Shown in pieces: positions 18,344 to 28,300 of a stretch of DNA of 62,343 bases. The position numbers and the translations under genes are program-made. Numbering within the stretch: the first letter of the stretch is position 1; each line of letters starts with the position of its first letter. The stretch is taken from contig NZCK01000019.1 in the NCBI GenBank assembly GCA_002688265.1, positions 1 through 62,343 of the forward strand, written 5' to 3'. The notes below the pieces were generated by a model. It worked only from the letters and a program-made list of their open reading frames with translations, had not been told where the DNA came from and searched no databases. The DNA comes from an archaeon. GTDB taxonomy: Archaea > Nanobdellota > Nanobdellia > Woesearchaeales > GW2011-AR9.

Positions 18344-19048
18344 TTAACATCCAGCTCCGCCTGCAGCAGTTGAAGTAAAAGTTAATGTTGAAGATTTTTG
18401 TCCTTGTGCATCAGCAGGAATTCCAATGTCTAAAAAAAGTGCTGCCTCATCTTGAGTAGATCCTGTTTTCAAACAATCACAGAAGTCATAATTTACATCC
18501 TTTTTAGTAAAAGCAGTTGTTCCTACTGCCAAAATGGTACAAGATCCTGCTTCATTATTTACTGCTCCAAAAGCATATTGTAAAGCATTATTTTCTCCAC
18601 CATCATCATAACCTACACCACATCCTCCAGCGTCACTTTGACAAATGAAACTATTAGTTGTGTGGTTTCCGTCTTGTTTATTAGATTGAACAGTTATATT
18701 TACTCCTACATTTCCATCATTTCTAACTGTGATGTTGTCTGCATCTCCAGTATTGTTTTTCCAAGTCCCATCGGCTGTATTCGCTGAACTACTTACTAAA
18801 GCATATCCTGCACTAGGGTCTACTTTTCCATTTCCAAAATCAATTCCAGAATCTGGCAAAGTGATTGTAATATCTTGAGTGATATTCAAGTCACCTGTTC
18901 CACCGGCAGCCCCAGTTAATCCATTTGCACTGTTAACTCCACCTACTGCACCTAGTCTATCTAATGTAATTACTGTCCCTACTACAGAAACAACTAATGC
19001 TATGAGTAGCATTCCTGTTAAAACTTTATGTTCTTCCACTTTTTCCAT
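18344..19048 (-). CDS. Secreted Cys-rich surface protein, paralog 3 of 3
   Basis: Same blocks as 104-778 and 9315-9989. Extra VNSANGL insert after the signal segment. Ends ...AAGGAGC. Confidence 0.85.
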   Translation of the reverse strand: MEKVEEHKVLTGMLLIALVVSVVGTVITLDRLGAVGGVNSANGLTGAAGGTGDLNITQDITITLPDSGIDFGNGKVDPSAGYALVSSSANTADGTWKNNTGDADNITVRNDGNVGVNITVQSNKQDGNHTTNSFICQSDAGGCGVGYDDGGENNALQYAFGAVNNEAGSCTILAVGTTAFTKKDVNYDFCDCLKTGSTQDEAALFLDIGIPADAQGQKSSTLTFTSTAAGGAGC

Positions 19049-19207
19049 ACCTCTTTTTTTATATTTTAATACTAAATATAGTAAATGAAGAATAATTTCT
19101 CTCTATTTAAATTTTTAGAAAATATTAAGGAAAACATGCTAGAAATATGGCTAAATGAGGTAAAAATAAAATAAAAGAGAAAATAATAGAATAAATTAAA
19201 ATAAAAA

Positions 19208-19333
19208 ATTGGCGTTGGGCGAGGCAGGGCTACTCTAAATGACTTCGCGCAGATTTTGTTCGCTCCGCTCCAAAATATTCGTCATTGATTGATTCTGCTT
19301 CTCTTCACTCCTGCATTGGCCAGCGCGCCAATG
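19208..19333. repeat. GC-rich structured intergenic element, copy B
   Basis: Closing helix ATTGGCG (19208-19214) / CGCCAAT (19326-19332). Internal hairpin GCGAGG...CTTCGC. Blocks CCGCTCCAAAATATTCGTCATTGATTGATTCTGCTTCTCTTCAC and GGCCAGCGCGCCAATG match copy A. Confidence 0.55.
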
Positions 19334-19337
19334 TTAA

Positions 19338-21251
19338 TTAATAATTCAACAGAATCTCTGCTTCCTTACCAAAGTGTTTCTTAATAGCTTCGAAAACAGG
19401 TTCCTTAATGAAAACTCTCCCTGGAAATTTAGCACCAGACAAAGCCTTCTCAAACTCTTCAAGACTACTTTTCTTAGCAACACCTAAGCTGCCATCTTTG
19501 TTAAGAGAAGCTTTCTCAATCTTACCATCACGAGCATCAATGTCTCGAACAATAAAAGCTTCTTTTTCAAGTAAAGTGATCTCTGCAAACTTGGAACCAT
19601 GCTTAACTCGGATCTTAGCTCTTTGTAATTCAAGTCCACGTTTCATTTGCAAATAATCTACTAAGAAACGAATCAAAGCAATACTTCCTTGCTTAGCTTT
19701 ATGCAATTCAGACTTGCTAAGTTTTCCTGCTTCGGTTTTCTTCTTCGCAGCTACAATCTCTTTTAACTCACGCAAAAATTTGGCTGGGACTTTTCCAGAA
19801 GTAATTAATTCTTCTTCAAATATCTTTAAAATTTCGCTTTCCTTAGCACGAGTTACACCTTCTAACTTAAGAATATCACGAATGATGGTTACAACCTCGT
19901 CATGCAAATGGATCAAACTATTTTGATCCTTACGCTCTTCGATCTGAGTAAACAATTTTTTGATTCTGGCAAGAAATTCTTCAGTTTCTTTAATCATCTT
20001 ATCAATTTCTGTTCCGGAAATTGTTTTCCTATCGCCATGTTCTAAATCTTTTCTAACCTGTACATTACGTTTTAAGATTTGAATCCACTTCTTTTCCAAG
20101 AGTTTTTCTTTCTTTACAAAAATATCTTCAAGAACTTCTGGTGTCTCCTTTGGTGTTGGTGGAGGAAGCCCATAAAGCATGATTGCAGCCTGACTTGGAG
20201 TTAAGGCTGCATAAAATAAATCTTCCATACCCACATTTCTTAGAGTATGTTGAATTCTCTTTTGCATCTGCTCTCCACTACTCATGAAAATATCAATTGC
20301 TTCACGACTAGGTTTAATTTTTCCAAGTCTTAACAGTTGTTTCCAAGGCATGAAAATTCCACGATCATACATTGGAATTCCATCTCTTAGCAATGTAAAG
20401 ATAATTGGGTTTGCTTCTTTTAGAGAGTCCCAGAAATCAGTTAAGATGTAAACCTGGATGTTTAGCTTGTTAGTTATACCAGTTATTTGACCTGCTTCAG
20501 CACCCATTCCGATAATGATGGCTCTTAGTTTTTCTTTTAATTCTAATCGGCTCATCTTCTTAACATCAGTGTCATCAATTACAATCCAAACATCAATATC
20601 TGATTTTTCAGTTGCTCGCCCTTGAGTTAAGGACCCAGCTAAAACGTATGAAAGAATGTATTTCTCGAATTTCTTGATAACCATACTTTTGTGAATTTCT
20701 GAGATTCTAATCGCAGCTAACATTCCAGTATCATAAATTGGAGCGGACATTGCAATTAATTTAGAAATTTCGTATTTGGCATCATAATAATTCTGCCAAA
20801 GGTCTGTTAATAACATACTCTGAGCTTTGAAATTTTTGTCTACCTTGCCAGCAATTTCAGTTATTATAGTAGAAAATTTTCTATGAAGTTCATCTTTAGT
20901 CATTTTAGTGCTTGTTGTATCATCAACTAAAACTAGAATTGGAACTTCATCAGGATTTTTAACTTTTGCTTTAGGATCAGCTGGTAGAGGTTTTCCATCT
21001 GGTGCTACTTGCGGTTTTTCTGGTGGCAAAACAGTGATTCCTACAATGTAATCTCCAAATTTGTCTACAACTTTATCTTTGAATTGTGCTAATTTTTCTT
21101 GAAGTAAAGTTAATTTTTTCTGCATCTCAGGAGGTAAATTAGGTGTATTTGCTACTGCACCTGCAGCTTTTGCAGCCCCATCTTTTGGATTTACTGCTTT
21201 AATTGATTTTGATTTTAATGATTTCTTCCCTTTCTTAATTGCTTTTGCCAT
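19338..21251 (-). CDS. Large nucleotidyltransferase-domain protein (degenerate NTase-like plus active-looking NTase plus helical C-terminal region)
   Basis: LAGSLTQGRATEKSDIDVWIVIDD (GS...DxD). An upstream region with similar layout lacks the GS/DxD residues (GITVLPP...ILVLVDDT). The helical tail is possibly HEPN-like. Confidence 0.6.
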   Translation of the reverse strand: MAKAIKKGKKSLKSKSIKAVNPKDGAAKAAGAVANTPNLPPEMQKKLTLLQEKLAQFKDKVVDKFGDYIVGITVLPPEKPQVAPDGKPLPADPKAKVKNPDEVPILVLVDDTTSTKMTKDELHRKFSTIITEIAGKVDKNFKAQSMLLTDLWQNYYDAKYEISKLIAMSAPIYDTGMLAAIRISEIHKSMVIKKFEKYILSYVLAGSLTQGRATEKSDIDVWIVIDDTDVKKMSRLELKEKLRAIIIGMGAEAGQITGITNKLNIQVYILTDFWDSLKEANPIIFTLLRDGIPMYDRGIFMPWKQLLRLGKIKPSREAIDIFMSSGEQMQKRIQHTLRNVGMEDLFYAALTPSQAAIMLYGLPPPTPKETPEVLEDIFVKKEKLLEKKWIQILKRNVQVRKDLEHGDRKTISGTEIDKMIKETEEFLARIKKLFTQIEERKDQNSLIHLHDEVVTIIRDILKLEGVTRAKESEILKIFEEELITSGKVPAKFLRELKEIVAAKKKTEAGKLSKSELHKAKQGSIALIRFLVDYLQMKRGLELQRAKIRVKHGSKFAEITLLEKEAFIVRDIDARDGKIEKASLNKDGSLGVAKKSSLEEFEKALSGAKFPGRVFIKEPVFEAIKKHFGKEAEILLNY

Positions 21252-21502
21252 AGATTTTTCCTCTAGTATTTGTTATTTATTGATTTGCTCAAAAATGTTT
21301 AAGACATTTTTGGCACCAAAAGGTTTTTGTCTCAAAATTTCCCCACATTCTCTGAGACAGAACTAACTGCTCAAAGTTAACTATATTTTACATATATATA
21401 TGTTTTTGCCAGGCAGTGGGACATTTGGGTTAAGTGTTCGTTTGGAAAAAAATAGGTTAGATTTAAAAAATAGTGTTTATCTGGCTGTTTTGGACGATTT
21501 TT

Positions 21503-21790
21503 ATGAATGATTCAGTAATTAGTTATGATAGAATGTCAAATGTAGAATTACTCTCTACATTACATGCTTTACTAGGAGAAGCCGTTGATTTGCCTGCAGT
21601 AAATTTAACTGAACTTGGAGTAATAACTGATGACGCGACTTTTTTCTTAAGCGATTTTTGGGAAGATGTAAGAGATGCTTATGAAACTTTAGCTTATATT
21701 TGCAAAGATGATATGCCTCAAGCAGGGCAAATTTATCAATTATTAGAAGGAAGAGAGAAGTTATTTTATGGTCGTCAAATTGATGAGTGA
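21503..21790 (+). CDS. Hypothetical acidic protein
   Basis: ORF trimmed from GTG 21473 to ATG 21503. GATTTAAAAAATAG TATA-like box lies 33-46 nt upstream. No family recognised. Confidence 0.45.
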   Translation: MNDSVISYDRMSNVELLSTLHALLGEAVDLPAVNLTELGVITDDATFFLSDFWEDVRDAYETLAYICKDDMPQAGQIYQLLEGREKLFYGRQIDE

Positions 21791-21900
21791 TGGGGTGATT
21801 TTTAGTGTGAATTTTGAATGCATTATAAATATATTTGTTATTGATGAAGTCTGTTGTGCCATAAACCTTAAAAAGAAAGAAATTGTTTATTACTAATGTG

Positions 21901-22620
21901 ATGGAAACTATAATACCTACTATTCTAAAAATTATTGGCGCTGTAAGTGGCGCAGGAGTGCCTGTGTTCTGGTTAAAATCAGAAGCACCTGATATGTATA
22001 AATTACATGAGAAAAACGTTACTTATGCGAAAAAATTAGCTGATACTCATTCACATATGGTGAATAAGGGATTTTCTGAAGGGGTAGAAAAACATCTAAA
22101 AGATAGTGATGGAAACATAGATTTTAGTCGATTAGATGATAATGATGTCCAACAAGACTTTACTAAAACAATTACTGATTTTTATGTAAAAAAAATAAAA
22201 GATGATCACGGAATGGAAGCAAAAGATGATTTCCATAAACAAATGCTTCTACAAGCATATGCTGGAATAACAACCTCACAATTACAAGATATCGTTGGTA
22301 ATTATGGAGCTAATCTCAATTATGATTTGTTTAGTGGTAGAATTGCAGCACAACTAACAGAAGGAATTAGGAAGAATTTGTATGCTAATGCAAGTGATCA
22401 TATTAAAGATAGTGATATTGGTGGAATTGTTGATAAATTAGGACTTAAAGACAAACTTAGGAAAGGTCAACAGGTAACTCTTGAAGAGGCACGCGATTTA
22501 ATGAATCGTCATGTAACTGGCGGCGGATTGAATGAATCTTCTTTAAGAGATGTTTTGAAGAAGAAGTATAAAGGAAATCCACCTAAGATAAAAAAAGATG
22601 ATGATAAAAAGAAGAAGTAA
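21901..22620 (+). CDS. Hypothetical protein with N-terminal TM helix and KKDDDKKKK tail
   Basis: ORF trimmed from TTG 21883 to ATG 21901. N-terminus is IIPTILKIIGAVSGAGVPVFWL. No family recognised. Confidence 0.5.
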   Translation: METIIPTILKIIGAVSGAGVPVFWLKSEAPDMYKLHEKNVTYAKKLADTHSHMVNKGFSEGVEKHLKDSDGNIDFSRLDDNDVQQDFTKTITDFYVKKIKDDHGMEAKDDFHKQMLLQAYAGITTSQLQDIVGNYGANLNYDLFSGRIAAQLTEGIRKNLYANASDHIKDSDIGGIVDKLGLKDKLRKGQQVTLEEARDLMNRHVTGGGLNESSLRDVLKKKYKGNPPKIKKDDDKKKK

Positions 22621-22803
22621 TTCTCTTTAGTTTTCTTTTAGTTTCTTTAATATTAGTCATTTTTACTTTATTTTTTACTTTAACGCCTAAATTTCTCTTT
22701 AATTGATATCTGGGCACAAATTTGGCTTTTTTGAAAGTAGAATCTATTGTTGTGACTTAAATTGCCAAAATAGTCACTAAACAGTGACAAACCAATAGAA
22801 ACA

Positions 22804-22813
22804 TTTATATATA
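22804..22813 (+). promoter_or_regulatory. TATA-like box TTTATATATA upstream of the 822-aa gene
   Basis: Ends 29 nt before ATG 22842. The same box type and spacing recur before many plus-strand genes in the window. Confidence 0.45.
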
Positions 22814-22841
22814 CAAGTTCCTATCTGAATAATGTTCTAAG

Positions 22842-25310
22842 ATGACACAACAAGACCAGAGTGCAGAGGGGGACGAGGCTAATTTGGAGAGCCGATTAGA
22901 TGGCGCTAGCCCTATTCAACCAGGTCAAAATGGCACTTATTCTGTAATGTTTATTGGAGACCCGCACAACAACTTGCAAGGTCTAAGAATGGCAAGGCAA
23001 GTTGCTGAGAGTCAAGGAGTAGATACTCGAATTTGTCTTGGAGATATTCTTCAAAAATTAAGTTCTGATTATACTAGAGATCAAGGTCTGATTACCGAGA
23101 GGGCAAGAGCTCAATTAAGAGTAGATAGTCCTCTAAGAGAGGCATTAAAAGAAGGGAAATACAGTCAAGCACAAATTGATATGATCACAAGTGCAGCAGC
23201 AGCTTCTGAAGCGACTGTTAGTAAGCATGCGGATAGAACTTATAGTTTAACTCGAGAAATTGATCCTAACCTAATTACTATTGGAGGTAACTGGGATAGA
23301 GAAGAAGAAATTCAAAGAATTTTTGGAGACAACTATCGGGGTACAGGGTTTACTCAAGAAGATAACGGAATGAAAGTTCTTTGGGCGTCTGGTGGAGGAA
23401 GTGCGCCTGTTGGTGGAGCTGGAACCACAAGAGGATTCTTATGTGATAACCAACAAGAAGGAGTTAATCGGGCAAGACCTCTGCAATCATTATTAGCTAA
23501 TCCAAGAGCTGAAGATCAAGAAGGAAATGAAATTGATCTGTTAGTAACTCACGTTGCACCGCCTTCAGAAGGAAAACACAAAGATAATTTTTCAGTTTAT
23601 TTACATCGTTTTATGAGCGCAAGGAAAAGTGTAGGTTTACCTATGCCAAAACTTTTGGTGAACGGGCACCACCACAGTGCTAGTGCGACAATTGATTGGA
23701 TTAATTATCAAGATGATGAAACTGGAGCTGAGTTTAAACAATTAACTTTTACTCCAGGTGTTTTAGCAATAGATCATGCTCAAGAAGGATCACATGGTGC
23801 GTTTTGTATTGGGGAATTTGATAGCCAAACTCATCAATTAGTTGGTGCTAGTGAGTATCATGTACAAAGAACTCTTAGTGGAACCATGAGAGTTGTTCTC
23901 TATGGGAAGCATACTCTTGACCACGCAAAACAAAAAGTTAAATTTGAAGAAATTGGAACGGTTGTTGCCGAAGAAACTTTAGAAGATATTTTTGGAAATC
24001 GAGGGCCACTGAAAGAATTAGATCTTAATTATGCTTTATCAGATAAAGGATTTAATGTAGATTATACTGGACTTAATGCTCAAGAATTTGATCAAAGATT
24101 TAGATTAAACTTTTCATTAATTAGAGAATATGGGGAACAAAGTAAAAATCAAGTAAAAGCAGTTTTAGATGAAGTTAGAAACAAATGGGATTTAGAGAGA
24201 GCGGCAGAAGGAATCCCGCAAACAGCAAGTTATAGTGCAGCTGACTTAAGAGGAAATCAGGAAGAAGTAATGCAGGGTCTTGCTGTCAAAGCTGCTGAAG
24301 TATTTGGAATCGATCCAAAAACTTTTGATGAATTAGATGAAACAGCAAGAGAATTTAAAATTAAACAATTAGTGCAAGCAGCATTTGGAATTAGTTTTAG
24401 AGACATTGAAGATGCTACCAAAAATGCTAGTTTGAAATTTGAAGATATGCCTTACAATTGGGGAAGTGGACTTCAGAAAAAAGCAAATGAACACATCAGT
24501 GGTGCAGCTCAACAATATGTTCTTGCTCCAATTGAAGATGAACAATGGATGGATGTAATTGATAATGTTTGGTCTCCGCTTAACGTTAAGCGAAGTAGAA
24601 CCTTAGAGAGAAGAGAAATTTATGGATTAGTTGGAAAAGCATTGCAAGCAGGAATCTTAAGTGAAGAAGAACTTACTGCAACCAGTGCTTATTCTACTGT
24701 TAAGGACTTTAAGAAAGGAACAATTATGACTGATGATGAAATCAAAGGGACTTTTGATATTCGTTATGCAAATGAAGATGATTTAGGAATTAGCAAAAGA
24801 AATGGAATCCCTGCAAGTGAAGCAGCCGGTTTGCAAAAATTGATTGATGAGCAAGGAGTCCCTGTTTTAAGAAATGCTAAAGGAGATTATATTGTAACTC
24901 CAAAGGGAATTGGATATTTAGATGATGATCTTAAAGAAGCTGTAAACTATGATCCAATTAGATTGAGTGACCTTTTGGATTCTGGGAAAGCTAAACTAGT
25001 TAGTCAAGGAGACGATTATTTGGCTAGTGTTGGTCAGGCAATGTATCCTATTAATTTAGAAGAAGAAGGAATTACTAAAGGCCAGTATGAAGCAACTCCT
25101 CTTTGGCAGGTTTTAGTTGAGCAGGAAGCTTTGAAGAAAAATGGTAACAAAGCGTTTATGGAACGTTTGGCTCAAGATAGTGAGTTTAGAGAAGCGTTAG
25201 CAAGACAGCAAGATGTTAGTAATGGAGGAAGTTATTCTGTAAATGGCGGAAGCGATCTCCCTTCTTCTGGACCTAGTGTAGATATGCCTGATTTGCCTAG
25301 TGATATGTAG
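22842..25310 (+). CDS. Calcineurin-like metallophosphoesterase domain fused to a ~450-aa unknown helical region
   Basis: MPE motifs in order: MFIGDPHNN, CLGDIL, IGGNWD, LVTHVAPP, VNGHHHS. The C-terminal half is unrecognised. Confidence 0.7.
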   Translation: MTQQDQSAEGDEANLESRLDGASPIQPGQNGTYSVMFIGDPHNNLQGLRMARQVAESQGVDTRICLGDILQKLSSDYTRDQGLITERARAQLRVDSPLREALKEGKYSQAQIDMITSAAAASEATVSKHADRTYSLTREIDPNLITIGGNWDREEEIQRIFGDNYRGTGFTQEDNGMKVLWASGGGSAPVGGAGTTRGFLCDNQQEGVNRARPLQSLLANPRAEDQEGNEIDLLVTHVAPPSEGKHKDNFSVYLHRFMSARKSVGLPMPKLLVNGHHHSASATIDWINYQDDETGAEFKQLTFTPGVLAIDHAQEGSHGAFCIGEFDSQTHQLVGASEYHVQRTLSGTMRVVLYGKHTLDHAKQKVKFEEIGTVVAEETLEDIFGNRGPLKELDLNYALSDKGFNVDYTGLNAQEFDQRFRLNFSLIREYGEQSKNQVKAVLDEVRNKWDLERAAEGIPQTASYSAADLRGNQEEVMQGLAVKAAEVFGIDPKTFDELDETAREFKIKQLVQAAFGISFRDIEDATKNASLKFEDMPYNWGSGLQKKANEHISGAAQQYVLAPIEDEQWMDVIDNVWSPLNVKRSRTLERREIYGLVGKALQAGILSEEELTATSAYSTVKDFKKGTIMTDDEIKGTFDIRYANEDDLGISKRNGIPASEAAGLQKLIDEQGVPVLRNAKGDYIVTPKGIGYLDDDLKEAVNYDPIRLSDLLDSGKAKLVSQGDDYLASVGQAMYPINLEEEGITKGQYEATPLWQVLVEQEALKKNGNKAFMERLAQDSEFREALARQQDVSNGGSYSVNGGSDLPSSGPSVDMPDLPSDM

Positions 25311-25358
25311 AGGAATTGACAAAAAGATTGGTTTCTACAGCACCAATTCCCTCAATAG

Positions 25359-25370
25359 CTTTTTATATAA
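25359..25370 (+). promoter_or_regulatory. TATA-like box CTTTTTATATAA upstream of ileS
   Basis: Ends 22 nt before ATG 25392, implying a very short leader. Confidence 0.45.
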
Positions 25371-25391
25371 TCTCTTACTCTCTTATCTTCT

Positions 25392-28300
25392 ATGAAATTT
25401 AAAGAATATTCACTAGATAATGAAACTGCTGTACTACACTACTGGCACTCAAAGAAAACAGTAGAAGCTCTTCGTAAAAGAGGAGCTGGAAAAAAGAAGT
25501 ATTACTTCTTACAAGGACCACCTTACACTTCTGGAAACATTCACCTAGGACATGCTTGGAACATGTCTCTAAAAGATGTTGTATTAAGATATAAGAGAAT
25601 GCAAGGACTTGATGTTTGGGACAGAAATGGTTATGATATGCATGGTCTGCCAACAGAACAAAAAGTTATGAAAAAGTTTAATCTCAAAGATAAACAAGAT
25701 ATCTTAGATTTTGGTTTAGACAAGTTTGCAACAGAGTGTGAAAAGTTCTGCACAGAAATTATGCACATCATGGATAAGGATTTTAAACGCTTAGGAACCA
25801 CTTTTGACTTCTCTAATCCATATCAGCCTATCAAAAAAGAGTTCATAAGTTCTGTTTGGTGGCTAGTAAAACAAGCACACAAAAAGAAAAGATTGTACCA
25901 GGGTCTTAGAACAATGCATTGGGACGCAGCAACAGCTTCAGCTGTAGCTAAACACGAACTAGAATACAAATCTGTAACCGATACTTCAATTTATATCAAA
26001 TTCAAAAGGACAACTAAGGGAGCTCCAAAAGATTCACACTTTGTAATCTGGACCACTACTCCTTGGACAATCCCACTTAACCTTGCAATCATGGTTAACC
26101 CAGATCTGGACTATGTGGATGTGGAAGTTGAAACTAACGGTGGAAAAGAAGTCTGGACATTAGCAAAAACCCTTCACGAATCTGTACTTGAGAAAGCAAA
26201 GATAAAAAAATTCAAAGTTATCAAAGAATACAAAGGAAAGAAACTAGAAGGAAAATCTTATGAGCATCCACTGAAGGTATTTGACAAACTGCCAGAAAAT
26301 GTTCAAGCAGCAAAAAAACTTTTTACTGTTCTACTCACAAAAGAATATTGTGATGATACATCAGGAACTGGTTTAGTTCACACAGCTCCCGGTTGCGGAC
26401 CAGAGGATTATGAAGTTGGCCATACTAATGGAATTCCTCCATTCAACTGCGTTAACGAAGAAGGATTCTTTGCGGATTTCAAAGACGAAATGAATGGACT
26501 CAAAGCTAAAGATGATGATAGCAAATTCATTCAAATGCTTGATGATGAAGGAGTATTAATTGCTAAAGAAAAATACACTCATGATTATCCTTATGGGGAG
26601 CGAAGCCATGAACCAGTAATCTTTCGAACCACAAAACAATGGTTCTTTAAAATGGAAGATTTGAAAGAAAAATTACTGGCCATGAATGAAAAAGTTTATT
26701 GGAATCCAGAGACAAGTAAGAACGCATTTAGAAGTTGGCTTGAAAACTTAAGAGACAATTCTATCAGCAAACAAAGATTCTGGGGAACACCAATTCCTAT
26801 TTGGAAGTATGTAGATCCTAAAACTGAAGAAGAAGAATTTATTGTTGTTGGGAGTATAACTGAACTTGAGAAATTGTCTGGACAAAAAGTAAAAAACCCA
26901 CACATTCCTTTCATTGATGATATAACTATTGAGAAGGATGGCAAGGTGTTTAAACGTGTTCCTGATATCTTAGATGTTTGGATTGATGCTGGGACTGCTA
27001 GTTGGAATTGCTTAGATTATCCTCAGAACGAGGAATTGATTAAGAGATATTTCCCCGCAGATTTTATCTTAGAAGGAAAAGATCAAATTAGAGGGTGGTT
27101 CAACCTTTTAATGGTTGCAAGCGCACTTGGTTTTGATAAACTGCCTTTTAAGAATGTATACATGCACGGTTTTGTAACTGATGTTGAAGGAGTTAAGATG
27201 TCCAAAAGCTTAGGAAACATTACTTCACCATACGAAATCATTGACAAACACGGAGCAGATGTTTTGCGTTTGTATATGGCTTCAACAACAGCAGGAGAAG
27301 ATATCAGTTTCTCTTGGGAAGAAATTGTTGTTAAAGAAAAGTTTTTGAAAATAGTTTGGAATTTGCATAAGCTCTTGATTAGTTCAGCTAAAGAAAGTGG
27401 AATTAACCCTTTCGCTTTGGATGCTGATTTAGAAGAAATGCAACTGGGTTCTTCTGAGAAGTATATTTTGAGTAATCTGCAGTCTACTCTTACACGAGTT
27501 ACTGATTTGATGGAAACTTATCGTTTAGATAAAGTTGGAGATGTCATCGAAGCTTTGTTTTTTAACTTGTCACGTAACTATGTGCAAATGGTGAGAGATA
27601 GATTAGCAACTGGCAGCAAAGAAGAGAAAGAGATTGTGCTTTTTACAGTTGCTAAAGTTATGCTTGATGGACTTAAGATGTTACAGATGTTTTGTCCATT
27701 TGTAAGTGAAGTAATGTATTTGAATTTAAAAGAAGAATTTTCTTTGGAAGAAGAGAGTATTAGTCACTACATGTGGCCAAAAGTTGAGAAAAAACTAATG
27801 GACACCAAACTTGAAGCACAAATGCAAACTTTAGACTTAGTTATGCAAGCATCTTTGAATGCAAGGGAGAAAGCAAAACTCGGTTTGAGATGGCCAATTA
27901 AAGAGTTGGTTGTTGTCAGTGCAGATTCAAAAACTGTTAAAGCAGTAGAGAGTCTGCGAGATCTATTGAAATCTCAACTTAATGTTAAGGATATTACTGT
28001 AATGCCAAACTTGCCGGGTGTAAAAGTTGAAGCTGAAGTTAACATGAAAACAATAGGGCCTCGGTTTGGAAAACAATCACCTGAAGTAATTAAACATTTA
28101 TCTAAAGTTAAAATGGTTGATGTTTTATCTTCAATAGAGGAGAAAGGTAGTTATGTATTTCATTTATCTGATAAGAGTGATGCACAAATTTCAATGAATG
28201 ATCTTTTGGTTTCTCGTGAGGTTCCAAAAGGATTTACTGAAGGGTCTTTCAAAGGCGGATTTGTGTATGTGAACATGTCTCGTTCAGCTGAATTAGAAGC

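Noticed and set aside
21290-21470. Hairpin GTCTCA-N18-TGAGAC and a GC-richer patch (GCCAGGCAGTGGGACATTTGGG) in the divergent spacer upstream of the NTase gene, considered as a further copy of the GC-rich element family
   Set aside because: I could not align it to the shared blocks of copies A-E. The 6-bp stem with an 18-nt loop is weak.
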